Virus record (IMG/VR): IMGVR_UViG_3300032164_000009
Span: 3,004-67,003 of that record
Origin: a virus
Reading direction: 5' to 3' (one strand)
Length of the DNA: 64,000 nt
The number at the start of each line of letters is the position of its first letter. Position 1 is the first letter of the stretch. The notes under the pieces are model-generated. The model was given only the letters and a program-made list of their open reading frames with translations, made no database searches and had not been told where the DNA came from. Positions 29,485 to 40,178 of this stretch are shown here, piece by piece. A program made the translations under genes and the position numbers.

Positions 29485-30197
29485 CGAATCTACTTTTCCC
29501 CAACACTGCCCTCGTTCTCCCGTCCGACCGGCCTTCATGGGGCTGCTTGCCGCGTGCATCGAAGCCCGGCCAATGGTGTCCAATGGCCTCGGAGCATATC
29601 AAGCTGGTGCCCCGCAACCAATGGGATGAATTGGCCGACCAGATCAGTACCCGCCCAATGGTCAAGAGTATGCTTGACCAAGATTCGGTGGGCAGTTGTG
29701 CTACTGAGAGCACGACGCAGGGCGTAATGATGGGCCGTGCATTTGCCGGTCTACCTCACGTCCTGCTCAACCCGTGGTTCATCTACCACACAACCTCGCA
29801 CGGGCGCGACCAGGGCTCCAGCATCGACGAAAATCTTGCCTTCGCCCGTGACAAGGGCATCGCCCCCATGTCCATCTGGCCACGTTCCAAGGGGTGGGAG
29901 GCGGAACCCTCGGAGGAGGCGAAAGAGGCCGCCAAGGCGTTTAAGATCGTCGAGTTTTTTGACGTGGCGAACATCGACGAAATGGTGTCCTGCTTGCTCA
30001 CCGGCTGGCCGGTGGTCTACGGTGCCAAAGGGCACAGCGTCATCAAAGTCCAGCACCTCAATGATCGGGAGGGGCTCGACTGCAACTCCTGGGGCGAAGA
30101 TTGGAGCGACTCTGGTTTTGGTGTATGGGCCAGATACAATCAGATTGACTTCGGCTACGGTATGTTCGCCGTGCGGACCACGACGGAGACACGGTAA
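29481..30197 (+). CDS. Papain-like (C1) cysteine peptidase
   Basis: DQDSVGSC (catalytic Q/C); GHSV; NSWG.DW...GFG. Confidence 0.85.
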   Translation: MTNLLFPNTALVLPSDRPSWGCLPRASKPGQWCPMASEHIKLVPRNQWDELADQISTRPMVKSMLDQDSVGSCATESTTQGVMMGRAFAGLPHVLLNPWFIYHTTSHGRDQGSSIDENLAFARDKGIAPMSIWPRSKGWEAEPSEEAKEAAKAFKIVEFFDVANIDEMVSCLLTGWPVVYGAKGHSVIKVQHLNDREGLDCNSWGEDWSDSGFGVWARYNQIDFGYGMFAVRTTTETR

Positions 30198-30664
30198 TGG
30201 GGTTCACAGCGATCCTGGCAGCCGCCCTTGCCCTCCCGCCTCCCCATGCGGCAAAGTCTCTACCGGCACTCCGAAGGCTACCGCCCGCCGTGGTGGCCCA
30301 CCTGGAGCCCGTCTTGCCCATGACCGCCGCCGAAGCCAAGGCCATCGACCGGCGATTCTGGCAGGCGAATCGCTGGCGGCTCTGCCCGGCCTCCTGCGGC
30401 ATGATCTGCGCCAAACATGGAAGCGAGTGGCTGCTGGAGCGGGGTGAAGCGGACCCCGATGACTCCAACCAGCGACCGGCCGAGCCGACTGAGATCAAGC
30501 CGGCAGAGGCTGAATCTAGTACCAGGGCGGCCAGCGGCCACTGGGAGCGGCAATGCGGCCCTGCTGGCTGCTCGCAGGTGTGGATAAACGCACCCCCTGA
30601 ACGGGAGGATGCGTCAGCCGACAATTCGAGTTCCCAGCCTCGATTCCGGCTCAGACGTCGATGA
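30197..30664 (+). CDS. Secreted hypothetical protein
   Basis: Hydrophobic N-terminus; CGPAGC motif. Confidence 0.5.
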   Translation: MGFTAILAAALALPPPHAAKSLPALRRLPPAVVAHLEPVLPMTAAEAKAIDRRFWQANRWRLCPASCGMICAKHGSEWLLERGEADPDDSNQRPAEPTEIKPAEAESSTRAASGHWERQCGPAGCSQVWINAPPEREDASADNSSSQPRFRLRRR

Positions 30665-30891
30665 CTATGAGAACGGACGCCTTCCTAATTTCTGCGAGCG
30701 AAATGAAACGCCATGGGAACGGCAATTTTTACCCCGCGACCATCAGTTGTGGGGTGGTGGCGACGAGTATCGAGGATGCCATTGCGACGTTTAAGGCCGA
30801 GCATCCCGACGCCACACTTTGGACGGTGAGCCACCGTGGAAAGATCGAGATCATTACGCCAAGTGCTGTTTCACGTTTCGGTTCTGTTTGA
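30661..30891 (+). CDS. Hypothetical protein
   Basis: Translational coupling. Confidence 0.4.
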   Translation: MTMRTDAFLISASEMKRHGNGNFYPATISCGVVATSIEDAIATFKAEHPDATLWTVSHRGKIEIITPSAVSRFGSV

Positions 30892-30902
30892 GGAGATCCC
30901 TG

Positions 30903-31085
30903 ATGAGATTGTTCGCTGTTGTCGCCCTGATCCTATCACTGTTCGCGTGCGTGCCCGCCCAAGCCGGCCCGGTCCGCGGTGCCGTCAAGCTGGCGGCCAA
31001 GAGCGCGAAGGTCGCCAAGGTGGTGAAGGTGGTCCGGCCGCTGAAGCTGGTGGGCAAAGTCCTACCGCCGTTTCGAGGCAAATAG
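30903..31085 (+). CDS. Small secreted basic peptide
   Basis: Signal peptide ending AQA, then a Lys/Val-rich amphipathic segment; GAGGAG RBS. Confidence 0.5.
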   Translation: MRLFAVVALILSLFACVPAQAGPVRGAVKLAAKSAKVAKVVKVVRPLKLVGKVLPPFRGK

Positions 31086-31086
31086 C

Positions 31087-31314
31087 GTGTCCATGTTCAA
31101 CCGTGTCACCGCGCCACCGCCGACCAATACGCAATGGGAGGGCGCCGAAAAAGAGCATCCTGCCATCGTCGCCGAAGGCTACGCGGCATGGAACCAATGG
31201 GAGGCCGACGGCGAGGCAACGTGCCAGTATCGGGGCGACAAGCGGGTGGCGTGGCTGATTGGCTTCTACAACGCGCGGACCGCAAGCCGCGGATATATGG
31301 CGAGTGAAACTTGA
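31087..31314 (+). CDS. Small protein with an Rmf-like motif
   Basis: EGYAA...CQY....AWLIGF. Confidence 0.45.
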   Translation: MSMFNRVTAPPPTNTQWEGAEKEHPAIVAEGYAAWNQWEADGEATCQYRGDKRVAWLIGFYNARTASRGYMASET

Positions 31315-31383
31315 GCATCGCCCGGGCGTTGGCGCGTCATCCCGCCCGCGCCCGGGCCGGGTGGGAAAATCAGGAGACGAGAG

Positions 31384-31680
31384 ATGAGCCCGTTAGATCA
31401 CATAAAGAACCATTCCTGGGCCGACACGATCCAGAAATTCGGGGTCGCGGGCCTCGCCTGTCTGGTCCTGTATTGGGTCGGCGTCTCGATTCTCAAGCCG
31501 ATGTCTGACGATGCGATGGAAACGCAGAAGGTCTTGCGGACCGAGATTCCCAAGCAGACGGAAGTCTCCCGGCAGGTGCTCGAAATTCTCAACCGCTTCA
31601 GCGGCGAGAGCAAGGCCGACCACAAGGCCGCCGCAGAGAAACTCGACGGGATAGACAGGAAGCTGCCGGCGAAACCGTAG
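31384..31680 (+). CDS. Single-transmembrane protein, possible holin
   Basis: One TM helix plus coiled coil; located in the lysis-like region. Confidence 0.45.
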   Translation: MSPLDHIKNHSWADTIQKFGVAGLACLVLYWVGVSILKPMSDDAMETQKVLRTEIPKQTEVSRQVLEILNRFSGESKADHKAAAEKLDGIDRKLPAKP

Positions 31681-32095
31681 GAGGCGATTCGTGCCCCAGG
31701 AACGCAACGATCTCCGAACTCTCCGCAAACTAGCTCGCCAGCAGCGGAGGGAGATCGAACTGCTGTTGCGGGCCCTTGACAACGAGCGATTACTGGCGGC
31801 GAGGCAGGAGGATCGGGCGAGGTGGATGATGTACGCGAGAAGCGAGAACTGAGAGCAGGAACCAAGTGCGACTTTGACACAACTCGACCGGGCGACGTTC
31901 TGGCGTAATTAACCGGAGCGAAACCAGCGCAACTAAAGGCGATGTGGCAGCCACAGCTACATCGCCTTTTTTGTTGCGCTCGCCCGGAAACGAGATTTTG
32001 CAGGAGCTACGACGATGGCGGGCGGGACAATCGCCCTGGTTTCGGCCGCCGCCGGGGCGGTCGCATCCTGGCTAGCGAAGTGAAGGGCGTAACGC

Positions 32096-32428
32096 ATGAA
32101 AATCCTTCTCCAATCCCAAACCGGCGACGGCTACGACGTGATCGTCCAACAATCCGACGGGAGCACTCGCACACTACATTTTGCCACTTGCCCGAAGGAC
32201 GTGCAGAAGTCGGTCGATGCCGCAACGGTTGATTGGAAGATCGTCGATCCGAACGACCCGCTTGTCATCGCTCAGGCCAAAAAGACAGCGGAGCTGGACG
32301 CGGCGGCGGACGTTGTTCGCGGGGCATATCAAAGCGCGAAGGACGCGGTGGCGAAGGCGGTCACGGTGAAGGATGTTGAGGGTGTGGTTTCGCCCGTGAC
32401 TGTGGCTGCAACGGCGGGGGTGAAGTAA
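32096..32428 (+). CDS. Hypothetical protein, tail-fibre-assembly-like
   Basis: C-terminus AKDAV.KA.TV.DVE.V; precedes the large virion gene. Confidence 0.45.
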   Translation: MKILLQSQTGDGYDVIVQQSDGSTRTLHFATCPKDVQKSVDAATVDWKIVDPNDPLVIAQAKKTAELDAAADVVRGAYQSAKDAVAKAVTVKDVEGVVSPVTVAATAGVK

Positions 32429-32742
32429 TGTCCCATCTAAGCCCTAGAGATCACCAGTGTATCAAGATTGCCAAGCAATACAGGCTCTATTGCCATTGTC
32501 TGCTCTGTGCCAACAACGGGGAAGAGACGCCAATCAAAGGTGATGTTGACAGCTTCGTAGCTGCCCGGGCCGCAGTGAGGACTGGCGTTGCCACCATCCG
32601 TTGGCACGTCCCATGTGGGGAAAGCGACCCCGGGGCAGTCTACGACTTGAACACTGCCGAGGCGGTTCTGCGGGGTCTGATTCATCCGAACGCAGCGAAG
32701 GCTCACGGTGATGCTTACGCCTCCACTGCGGAGGTGAAGTAA
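32428..32742 (+). CDS. Hypothetical protein
   Basis: Coupled on both sides. Confidence 0.5.
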   Translation: MSHLSPRDHQCIKIAKQYRLYCHCLLCANNGEETPIKGDVDSFVAARAAVRTGVATIRWHVPCGESDPGAVYDLNTAEAVLRGLIHPNAAKAHGDAYASTAEVK

Positions 32743-35700
32743 ATGCCTACATGCACAACAAACGCCTCCGGGTTATGGTCGGCCGATGCCATTTGGTCAG
32801 TCACCGGGGCCGGCACGACGATGGGCGGGACCGATGGCGTGCTGGTTGATGGCACGTTGACGCCTACAGTTTCCCCGGTATGGACGGTATCTGCTCTGGT
32901 TGGACGGAGAATGAAATTAGGCAGTACCTGGTATTCCATTTCTGCCAACACTGCCACGGCGGCGACGATTACCAGTCCTCCCGCCAATGCCACATACACC
33001 TATCTGGTCGGCGGTCCCCCGATCGACAATGACGCGGTTGTTCTTGCCGCCCAATTTTCCATTACGATGGACGTGTCGCACTCGGGATGGACCAATGGAA
33101 TGGCCGGGGTGGTTATAACGGGCCACGCCACAACTCCCGCGATGCTTGAATTCCATGCCGCAACGACTGGTTATCTATTACTGAAGACCGGGACGACGTT
33201 ATCGGGGACGACGGTCACGAATCGCGGCCGGCTCTGGGCAAGTTCTGTTGGGTTGTGGATCGCGCCGGCGGATCGGTCTGGCGCGGCGAGTGCGGTTAGC
33301 GCGGGCGGGGTTTTCACCCCCGGCACCGCTCCAGCGTGGGGAGCGGGAAGCCTGGTCGGATCGTCGATCACGATAGCGGCGGGCACCTACGTTATCCTCA
33401 CTCACGACGCCACGAGCGTGCTGACGTGGACCGGCACTGTTCCCTCGGAGAACGCCACGGCGGGGGCATGGACGCTGAACGTGTTGCCGCTCCCGTTTGC
33501 CGATAAGGCGACGTTGGAATTCGCGGGTACGGCGGGCACTGCGAAGCTCCTCGCGAGCGACCTCGACATCGCTCTGTACTGCACGCAGCCGACGCTCGGG
33601 TCCGTGCGGACCTACGGCACGACCTTTTCGTTTACGACAAATTATGCGGTCGATAACAACCTCACGACCCCCGTGGCTCACGGTTGGGCGACTAACGGAA
33701 ACAAACCCGTCCGAGTTTCGACTTCGGGTACGCTTCCTGCTGGGCTGACGGCAGGGACGCAGTATTATGTCCGCACGGTGGGATCGACAACGACTCTATT
33801 GCTGTCAACAACGGCCTCGGATGTTGGGCTCGTAACGCTCACCGGCAACGGCACGGGCACGCATTACATTACCGAGGGGAGAATCAACGTCAGCAGTATC
33901 GCCACCAACACGATCACCCTGGCCGCCACTCACGGATGGGCGAACGCCACGGCGATCATGTTCACGTCGAGCGGTACATACCCTACCGGCATCGTCGCCA
34001 ATACGATGTACTGGGTCATCGGGGCCAGCGGTGCCACGTTGCAGTTGGCTGCTTATTCCGGCGGAACGGCGTTGACGCTAGGCACGTCATGGACCGGCAC
34101 CCTGGAAGCCTACATTGGTGGGGCAACCGCAAACGCTACAGCCGTATTAGCCGTGCTGGATGATGTATTCACCGCTGAACCAACGTGGGTGACGACGGCT
34201 GGACACAACCGCGTGGTCTTGGCCGATGCGGGGCCGGCTGATTATGACCAGCAACGGTTGACGTTGGCGACGATTACGGCGACCACGATTACACTTTCGG
34301 CTAACGTGCTTTTGGCTAAATACCCGAATGCTCGAATTTATCTGGTCGCCCGCAACATCCTCATCAAGAGCAACACGACTGCCGCGACCAATATCATCGA
34401 CTGGGTGTCCTCGACGTTCACGGGGTCGGTGTTGCAGTGTGAGATTTGGTCGGCCGCAGGAGCTGGAGTTGGCGTTACTACGTTCTACGGCTATGGCACC
34501 GGGGCCGGCACGTCGCACACGATCTCGGGCACGATCAGCGGGTGCAGCAGCGGCGTCAACGCCGGCACGTCGCACACGATCTCGGGCACGATCAGCGGGT
34601 GCAGCAGCGGCATCCGCGACAGCACGTCGAACACGTTATCCGGCACGATCAGCGGGTGCACCTACGGCGTCAGCTACGGCACGTCGCACACGGTCTCTGG
34701 CACGATCAGCGGGTGCACCTACGGCATCCGCGACAGCACGTCGAACACGTTATCCGGCACGATCAGCGGGTGCAACAACGGCACCAACGCCGGCACGTCG
34801 CACACGGTCTCTGGCACGATCAGCGGGTGCTACAACGGCATCAGCGCCGGCACGTCGCACACGGTCTCTGGCACGATCAGCGGGTGCAACAACGGCATCA
34901 GCGGCGGCACGTCGCACACGATCTCCGGCACGATCAGCGGGTGCAGCTACGGCATCTACGCCGGCACTGGCTGCCTCAAGGGCTGCCAGTTCACCGGCAA
35001 CACACAGGACATTTACCTCAACGGCGGTTGCTGGGAGGGTTGGGGCGCTGGGCTGCGGTCAACGACGCAAGTTGCCTATTACAAGCACTCCGATCTAGCC
35101 GTGGCCGACCTTCCGATCTACGTTGGAATCACGGACATCTGCGACGCGGCCGGCGCAATTCAGCTCGGCTACGTCGGCTGGTGGTGCCCTGGAGGCTATA
35201 CGAAGACGACGGCCTGGGTTTCTGGCACGCATGGTACACCGCCGATTACGCTTGCCGCTGTCCACGTCTCGACCGCCGAAGACTCCGACCGGGATTTCTG
35301 GGTCGAATTCCCGATTCTCGGCAAGTCGGGCTCCCCGATCACGGTCACGGTCTACCACAAGACCCACAACTACGTGTTTACCGTTACGGCCGCCACCGCT
35401 GCCGTAGGGGACACGTACACAAACAACGGTCAGACGTTTACGGTGTTTGCCGCAATAGCAGGCGGCACGACGTTATTGATGGCGGGCACAGGGGCTCCCG
35501 CTGCGAGTGGAAACTTGGTAAGAGTTACCGGCTCTGGTACAAATCCTATTGTATTTTCTGCTGCTTACTTAGCTTGGACGACGGCCCCGCTGATTGAGAT
35601 TTGCGATCCGAACAAGGCGTGGAAGGCCAGCGGCGAAGTGCTTGCCTCCAGTTCGGCGTTCTCCGTGGCCGATACCGATTGGCACACCGACACGGCCACC

Positions 35701-36240
35701 TACACGCCGACCTACGACCGACCGATAACGGTGCGCGTGCGGGGGTGCGGTGGTGTAGCTGCGGGGAGTGGCACGGGGCAAATGTATTGGTGGCAGGTGA
35801 TAGAGGTCGGCATGGTTCCTGGGGCTACGACCGGCCCAGCGGTGTTGCTCAAGACGACTGGGGCCGCCGCTCGTGGTGGGTCGGGGACGTGTGCCAAGTT
35901 GACGCCGACTTCGGCGATCAATTATGGCTACTGGGATTTCTACATTCCCGTTACCGCCGCCGGGACCACGATGACGTTCTACTGGGCGAAGTCCGCTGCC
36001 GGGTTTGACGGCCTGCTGAAAGTCTCGGTGTGGGACAGCGACGATCCGTTCAACGCTACACCCGGACTGATCGCAAGCGAAGCTGTGGACATCACGGCGG
36101 CCGACACCACCTACCACGCGGCGGCGATTGATTTTGCCGCCCCAGCGGCGGATGGACTCTGCCGAGTGCGAATCGAATTGAAGGACGGGGCGACTTCGGG
36201 CTTCCTTTACATCGACGATGTTTCTGTGGTTTTGACATGA
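32743..36240 (+). CDS. Large beta-rich virion/receptor-binding protein with a beta-helix repeat block
   Basis: 1165 aa, Thr/Gly-rich; 19-aa repeats. Confidence 0.7.
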   Translation: MPTCTTNASGLWSADAIWSVTGAGTTMGGTDGVLVDGTLTPTVSPVWTVSALVGRRMKLGSTWYSISANTATAATITSPPANATYTYLVGGPPIDNDAVVLAAQFSITMDVSHSGWTNGMAGVVITGHATTPAMLEFHAATTGYLLLKTGTTLSGTTVTNRGRLWASSVGLWIAPADRSGAASAVSAGGVFTPGTAPAWGAGSLVGSSITIAAGTYVILTHDATSVLTWTGTVPSENATAGAWTLNVLPLPFADKATLEFAGTAGTAKLLASDLDIALYCTQPTLGSVRTYGTTFSFTTNYAVDNNLTTPVAHGWATNGNKPVRVSTSGTLPAGLTAGTQYYVRTVGSTTTLLLSTTASDVGLVTLTGNGTGTHYITEGRINVSSIATNTITLAATHGWANATAIMFTSSGTYPTGIVANTMYWVIGASGATLQLAAYSGGTALTLGTSWTGTLEAYIGGATANATAVLAVLDDVFTAEPTWVTTAGHNRVVLADAGPADYDQQRLTLATITATTITLSANVLLAKYPNARIYLVARNILIKSNTTAATNIIDWVSSTFTGSVLQCEIWSAAGAGVGVTTFYGYGTGAGTSHTISGTISGCSSGVNAGTSHTISGTISGCSSGIRDSTSNTLSGTISGCTYGVSYGTSHTVSGTISGCTYGIRDSTSNTLSGTISGCNNGTNAGTSHTVSGTISGCYNGISAGTSHTVSGTISGCNNGISGGTSHTISGTISGCSYGIYAGTGCLKGCQFTGNTQDIYLNGGCWEGWGAGLRSTTQVAYYKHSDLAVADLPIYVGITDICDAAGAIQLGYVGWWCPGGYTKTTAWVSGTHGTPPITLAAVHVSTAEDSDRDFWVEFPILGKSGSPITVTVYHKTHNYVFTVTAATAAVGDTYTNNGQTFTVFAAIAGGTTLLMAGTGAPAASGNLVRVTGSGTNPIVFSAAYLAWTTAPLIEICDPNKAWKASGEVLASSSAFSVADTDWHTDTATYTPTYDRPITVRVRGCGGVAAGSGTGQMYWWQVIEVGMVPGATTGPAVLLKTTGAAARGGSGTCAKLTPTSAINYGYWDFYIPVTAAGTTMTFYWAKSAAGFDGLLKVSVWDSDDPFNATPGLIASEAVDITAADTTYHAAAIDFAAPAADGLCRVRIELKDGATSGFLYIDDVSVVLT
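34507..34962 (+). repeat. Eight tandem 57-bp repeats (GTSHTISGTISGCxxGxxx)
   Basis: Units start at 34507, 34564, 34621, 34678, 34735, 34792, 34849 and 34906. Confidence 0.95.
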
Positions 36241-37412
36241 GCCTAGGTACGCTGGACAACTGGGTATCCACGGCCATCGGCCCGCCGGTTATCGGTGAGA
36301 CGATTGATCTGGATTCATGGGTGTCGAGTGCCATCAGCGCTGGACTGGTGGCGGTGAGTGGGGCCGCATCACTAATCGTTCAGAATTCGGCGTGTCTTGT
36401 CGAATCCGGAAACGTCGCACTCACCCAACATCAGGTCCTCGCAGTTCAGGCATCCAACTGCCTCATCACTTCGGGCAACGTCGTACTGGCTCAACACTAC
36501 GGGCCACTGACCGTTCAGGCCTCGGAGTGCGTAGTCGAGTCGGGCAATGTCGCCCTGGTTCAGCATCAAGCCATTGCCGTTCAGGCCTCGGAGTGCGTAG
36601 TCGAGTCGGGCAATGTCGCCCTGGTTCAGCATCAAGCGCTCGCTGTCGCGGGTGCGGAATCTGTTGTCGAATCGGAGAATGTCGGACTCATTCAGCATCA
36701 GGTCTTGGCGGTTGGCGATGCGGACTCGGCCGTCGAATCCGGTGCTCCTGTCCTTGTGCAACACTACGGGCCGTTGAGCGTCGGGGGCTGCGAATGCCTT
36801 GTCGAGTCGGGCGGTGTCATCCTGACCCAGCACCAGACTCTTTCCGCCGACAATGCGGAATCCATCTGCGAATCGCAGGGTGTCGCCCTGACACAACACC
36901 AGGCGCTCGTCATCGGTGGCGCGGAAATCGTCGTCGCCTCCAGTGCCTGCGAGTTGACCCAACACCAGACGTTGAGCGTCGATGATTCGGCTGCTGTGGT
37001 CGAGTCAGAGAGTCCCGCCTTGACGCAGCATCAGGTTTTGGCAGCGACCGATTCAGAGTCGGTTATCGAGTCAGAGTCTCCGGCGCTCACGCAACACCAG
37101 CTATTGGCGGTTGCTGATTCAGAATCCGGCGTCGAATCTGGCGAAGCGGCCCTGATCCAGCACCATGCGCTCGCGGTTCAGAATAGCGCGGTGGTTGTCG
37201 AGTCGGGCGACATTGCGCTCGTCTATCATCCAGTCTCTCTCAGCGTGCAGAATTGCCAGTGCGGCATAACTTCGGATTTAATCGCGCTGGTGCAGCATCA
37301 ATCGTTGACGGTTTCAGATGCGGACTGCCTCGTCACTTCAGGCAACGTCGTGCTTGGATTCGGCGGGCAAGGTATTGTGTTTCAACATCAATCACTTTTA
37401 CTTGCGATTTAG
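36237..37412 (+). CDS. Repetitive virion protein (about 22-aa LTQHQ.L.V...ES..V repeats)
   Basis: Many degenerate repeats, including a near-exact 66-bp tandem duplication around 36511-36637. Confidence 0.65.
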   Translation: MSLGTLDNWVSTAIGPPVIGETIDLDSWVSSAISAGLVAVSGAASLIVQNSACLVESGNVALTQHQVLAVQASNCLITSGNVVLAQHYGPLTVQASECVVESGNVALVQHQAIAVQASECVVESGNVALVQHQALAVAGAESVVESENVGLIQHQVLAVGDADSAVESGAPVLVQHYGPLSVGGCECLVESGGVILTQHQTLSADNAESICESQGVALTQHQALVIGGAEIVVASSACELTQHQTLSVDDSAAVVESESPALTQHQVLAATDSESVIESESPALTQHQLLAVADSESGVESGEAALIQHHALAVQNSAVVVESGDIALVYHPVSLSVQNCQCGITSDLIALVQHQSLTVSDADCLVTSGNVVLGFGGQGIVFQHQSLLLAI

Positions 37413-37421
37413 GAGTATACC

Positions 37422-37808
37422 ATGGCACAAGCACGATGGGCGACCGCTGACGTTCTGGACGATGGACTCGATGCGATGGATGCGGCGGTTGACGTAATGA
37501 TCGTCTGTTCGGGTGCAAGCCCGCCAGCAGACTATGCCGCCGCGGCGGCTGCGGCACTGGCGACGAAGACAAGTCCGACCCTGACTGTGGCGGCGTCGGG
37601 AACTGATCGTAAATGCACGATCAGCGAAGCCTTGGGCCTCACGATTGATGCCGGTGGGGATGCGACGCATATCGCCTTGGCGAAGTCAACCGCGACTACC
37701 AAACTCTGGTTCGTCACGACCTGCACCCAACAGACGTTGGTTCTCGGCGGGACCGTCGATGTTCCCGAGTGGGTCATTACCGTCAAGCAGCCGACGGCCC
37801 CTGCGTAA
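37422..37808 (+). CDS. Putative minor virion protein
   Basis: AGGAG RBS; G.ATH.AL motif. Confidence 0.55.
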   Translation: MAQARWATADVLDDGLDAMDAAVDVMIVCSGASPPADYAAAAAAALATKTSPTLTVAASGTDRKCTISEALGLTIDAGGDATHIALAKSTATTKLWFVTTCTQQTLVLGGTVDVPEWVITVKQPTAPA

Positions 37809-37820
37809 CGGAGAGACGCC

Positions 37821-40133
37821 ATGCAGATCGTGGCTGGGACAACCGATATTTCGATTGCGATCTACGCCAGAGCGACGAGCGGGACGGCGCTGACCGGGAA
37901 AACGTCGGGCGATTTCGTCCTCACCTATCGCCGGGCCGGTGCGAACGTGCCGATCTCACTCTCGGACTTGGCGGAGTTGACGACGCCTCACGCCGATGGG
38001 GGAATCAAGGAGGTGGGCAACGGGGAATATCGACTCGACTTGCCCGACGCCGCATGTGCGGCCGGGGCAAGCCAAGTCACCGTCGGGGGCACCGTTGACG
38101 GCGGTGTAGTGATCGGGTATCCGGTTAGCCTAATTGGCGTGCTCCCGGCCGACGTGCAGAAATACCTCGGCGAGACGGCCCCGAGCCTCAAAAACGACGC
38201 CTACCCCGCGATACTGGTGGAAGGTGGTCCGCCGACCAGCGGCTCTTGGACGATCACCTACAATGGCACCGAAACGACATCCGGCCTGAACTGGAACGCC
38301 ACCGCGGCCGAAGTTCAGACGGCCTTGCGTGCCCTGGCCTCGCTGACTCCCGACAAGGTGGCGGTGACCGGCGACACGTGGCCGGTGAATGGCGGGGTGT
38401 TCACACTGACCTATACGGACCTCGGCAGTGACCCGCCGGAAGTGACGATCAACAGCTATCTGACGGGCGGCGATCCGACGATCACACCGGACACGACGCA
38501 AGAGTGGGTTGCTGCCATTGTAGGCCAGAAAGAGATCGTGGTTGTCAGTTCGGGTGGGGCGACGGAAGGGGCGTTCTGTCTAAACGGGTACGGTGCTTAT
38601 CCGATTGGGTGGAATGCTAGCGCTAGTGAAGTGGCACAAGTCATTACAAACGTGTGCTGGCCGTCCAATACAGGTGAGGGTGGACCACTGGACGAGGGCG
38701 CCGTGACCGTCACGGCCTCTTATGACGGTGCCCAGGACGACACTTATGTCGTGACGAACAACACGACCGGTGTCAATCCCACCGTGACCGTTCAACAGCA
38801 GGGCATTACTGCCGCCGCCTTCACCCCTGAGGTCCAGACGATCACGCTCGGCTACTACACGCTGAACACGGCGATTCTCATTCTCCAAACCGTCGAGGCT
38901 CTCAGCCAGATTCTCACATCCGCCCGCGGCGGCTACATCGACAATCTCGCCGCCGGACCAGTGGCCCTTGCCTCGGTTTGGACGCCAACGATCGGCGCTT
39001 ACTTGGACGCCGCGGTTTCGAGCAGAGCGGCCAAGACCGACTGGAGCACGACGCGCGGCGGCTACATCGACAATCTGAATGTCGGCGGGACGGTGCCGAC
39101 GCTGGCACAATTCAACGCCCGTTCACTGCCGACCGCCGACTACGCGACGGCTGGCACGCAATCTCAGATTCTCGGAGCCATCAGCGCGAATGCCGCGAAC
39201 AATGCCGGGATCGCACAGGCGCTCGAGGATATTGAGACTCTCGCGGGCGACGTGGCGGTGATCCCGACGCAACCGGCCCTGGCCAGCAACACGCCGACGA
39301 TGGGAGCCTTGGTCGCTCAATTTGGTTCCCCGATGCAGTCCACTTACAACGTGGCGACGGGAACTCAGGGTGCCTCGATTCTGACAGCTATCGGCACGCC
39401 AGCGCAAGCCTCGGTTCTTGCCAATGCGAACACACATATCGGGCAGGTCAAAACGGTTGTAGATAGCATCGGGACTGTTGCGAATAAGCAGGACACGACC
39501 CTAGAGGCCGACGGTGAGGATTGGAAGTTTACCGCGGCGGCCTTGATCGAATCGCCGGTTGGCACGGGTGGCTTCACGAGCGAAGATCGGACGCTGCTTG
39601 AGACGGCGGCAGAAGGCGGAACTGGCTTGACCGCCCAAGAGACGCGCGATGCCATGAAGCTCGCTCCATCAAGGGGGACGCCGGCCGCCGGGTCGCTTGA
39701 CAAGCAGGTTGACGATATTCAAACCAAGACGGACTCAATAACGGCGGGCAAGGTCACCGTCTATTCTGTATTGACAGCAACCGGGGAGATCAAAACTCTT
39801 GTCGTCGGAGATGCTTTTGACGCCACCAATTCTCGGGCGATTCTATTCGTAGACGAGGGGGATGACTGGCCGACACTCTCCGGTACGGTTCATTTTTCAA
39901 TCGCGAAAGTTGCCCCCAATGTCGCCGATAGCCTTGAATTGACCATCGCGGGAACAATTACGACTTCAGCCGGGCACGTCGCCGTGTTGGTCCCGCTAAT
40001 CGGAACTGATACTTCCGGCCTGACATCCGGACAGCACGTCTATGATCTGCGACACAAACGGGCGGACGGGGAATGGGAAACGCTCGTGAGTAGAACGCAT
40101 TGCGGGATCGTCTTGCCGGTGACGCCGACTTGA
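37821..40133 (+). CDS. Large virion/tail-associated protein
   Basis: Contains the same GSWTITY.G..T..LNWNATAAEVQ.AL module as the terminal tail ORFs. Confidence 0.6.
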   Translation: MQIVAGTTDISIAIYARATSGTALTGKTSGDFVLTYRRAGANVPISLSDLAELTTPHADGGIKEVGNGEYRLDLPDAACAAGASQVTVGGTVDGGVVIGYPVSLIGVLPADVQKYLGETAPSLKNDAYPAILVEGGPPTSGSWTITYNGTETTSGLNWNATAAEVQTALRALASLTPDKVAVTGDTWPVNGGVFTLTYTDLGSDPPEVTINSYLTGGDPTITPDTTQEWVAAIVGQKEIVVVSSGGATEGAFCLNGYGAYPIGWNASASEVAQVITNVCWPSNTGEGGPLDEGAVTVTASYDGAQDDTYVVTNNTTGVNPTVTVQQQGITAAAFTPEVQTITLGYYTLNTAILILQTVEALSQILTSARGGYIDNLAAGPVALASVWTPTIGAYLDAAVSSRAAKTDWSTTRGGYIDNLNVGGTVPTLAQFNARSLPTADYATAGTQSQILGAISANAANNAGIAQALEDIETLAGDVAVIPTQPALASNTPTMGALVAQFGSPMQSTYNVATGTQGASILTAIGTPAQASVLANANTHIGQVKTVVDSIGTVANKQDTTLEADGEDWKFTAAALIESPVGTGGFTSEDRTLLETAAEGGTGLTAQETRDAMKLAPSRGTPAAGSLDKQVDDIQTKTDSITAGKVTVYSVLTATGEIKTLVVGDAFDATNSRAILFVDEGDDWPTLSGTVHFSIAKVAPNVADSLELTIAGTITTSAGHVAVLVPLIGTDTSGLTSGQHVYDLRHKRADGEWETLVSRTHCGIVLPVTPT

Positions 40134-40178
40134 TTAGGACGGCGTCATGCGATTGACGCCGATAAGGGGGTGCAGACC

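Noticed and set aside
34328-35597. Alternative-frame Arg/His-rich ORFs
   Set aside because: Shadows of the 57-bp repeats in the real gene
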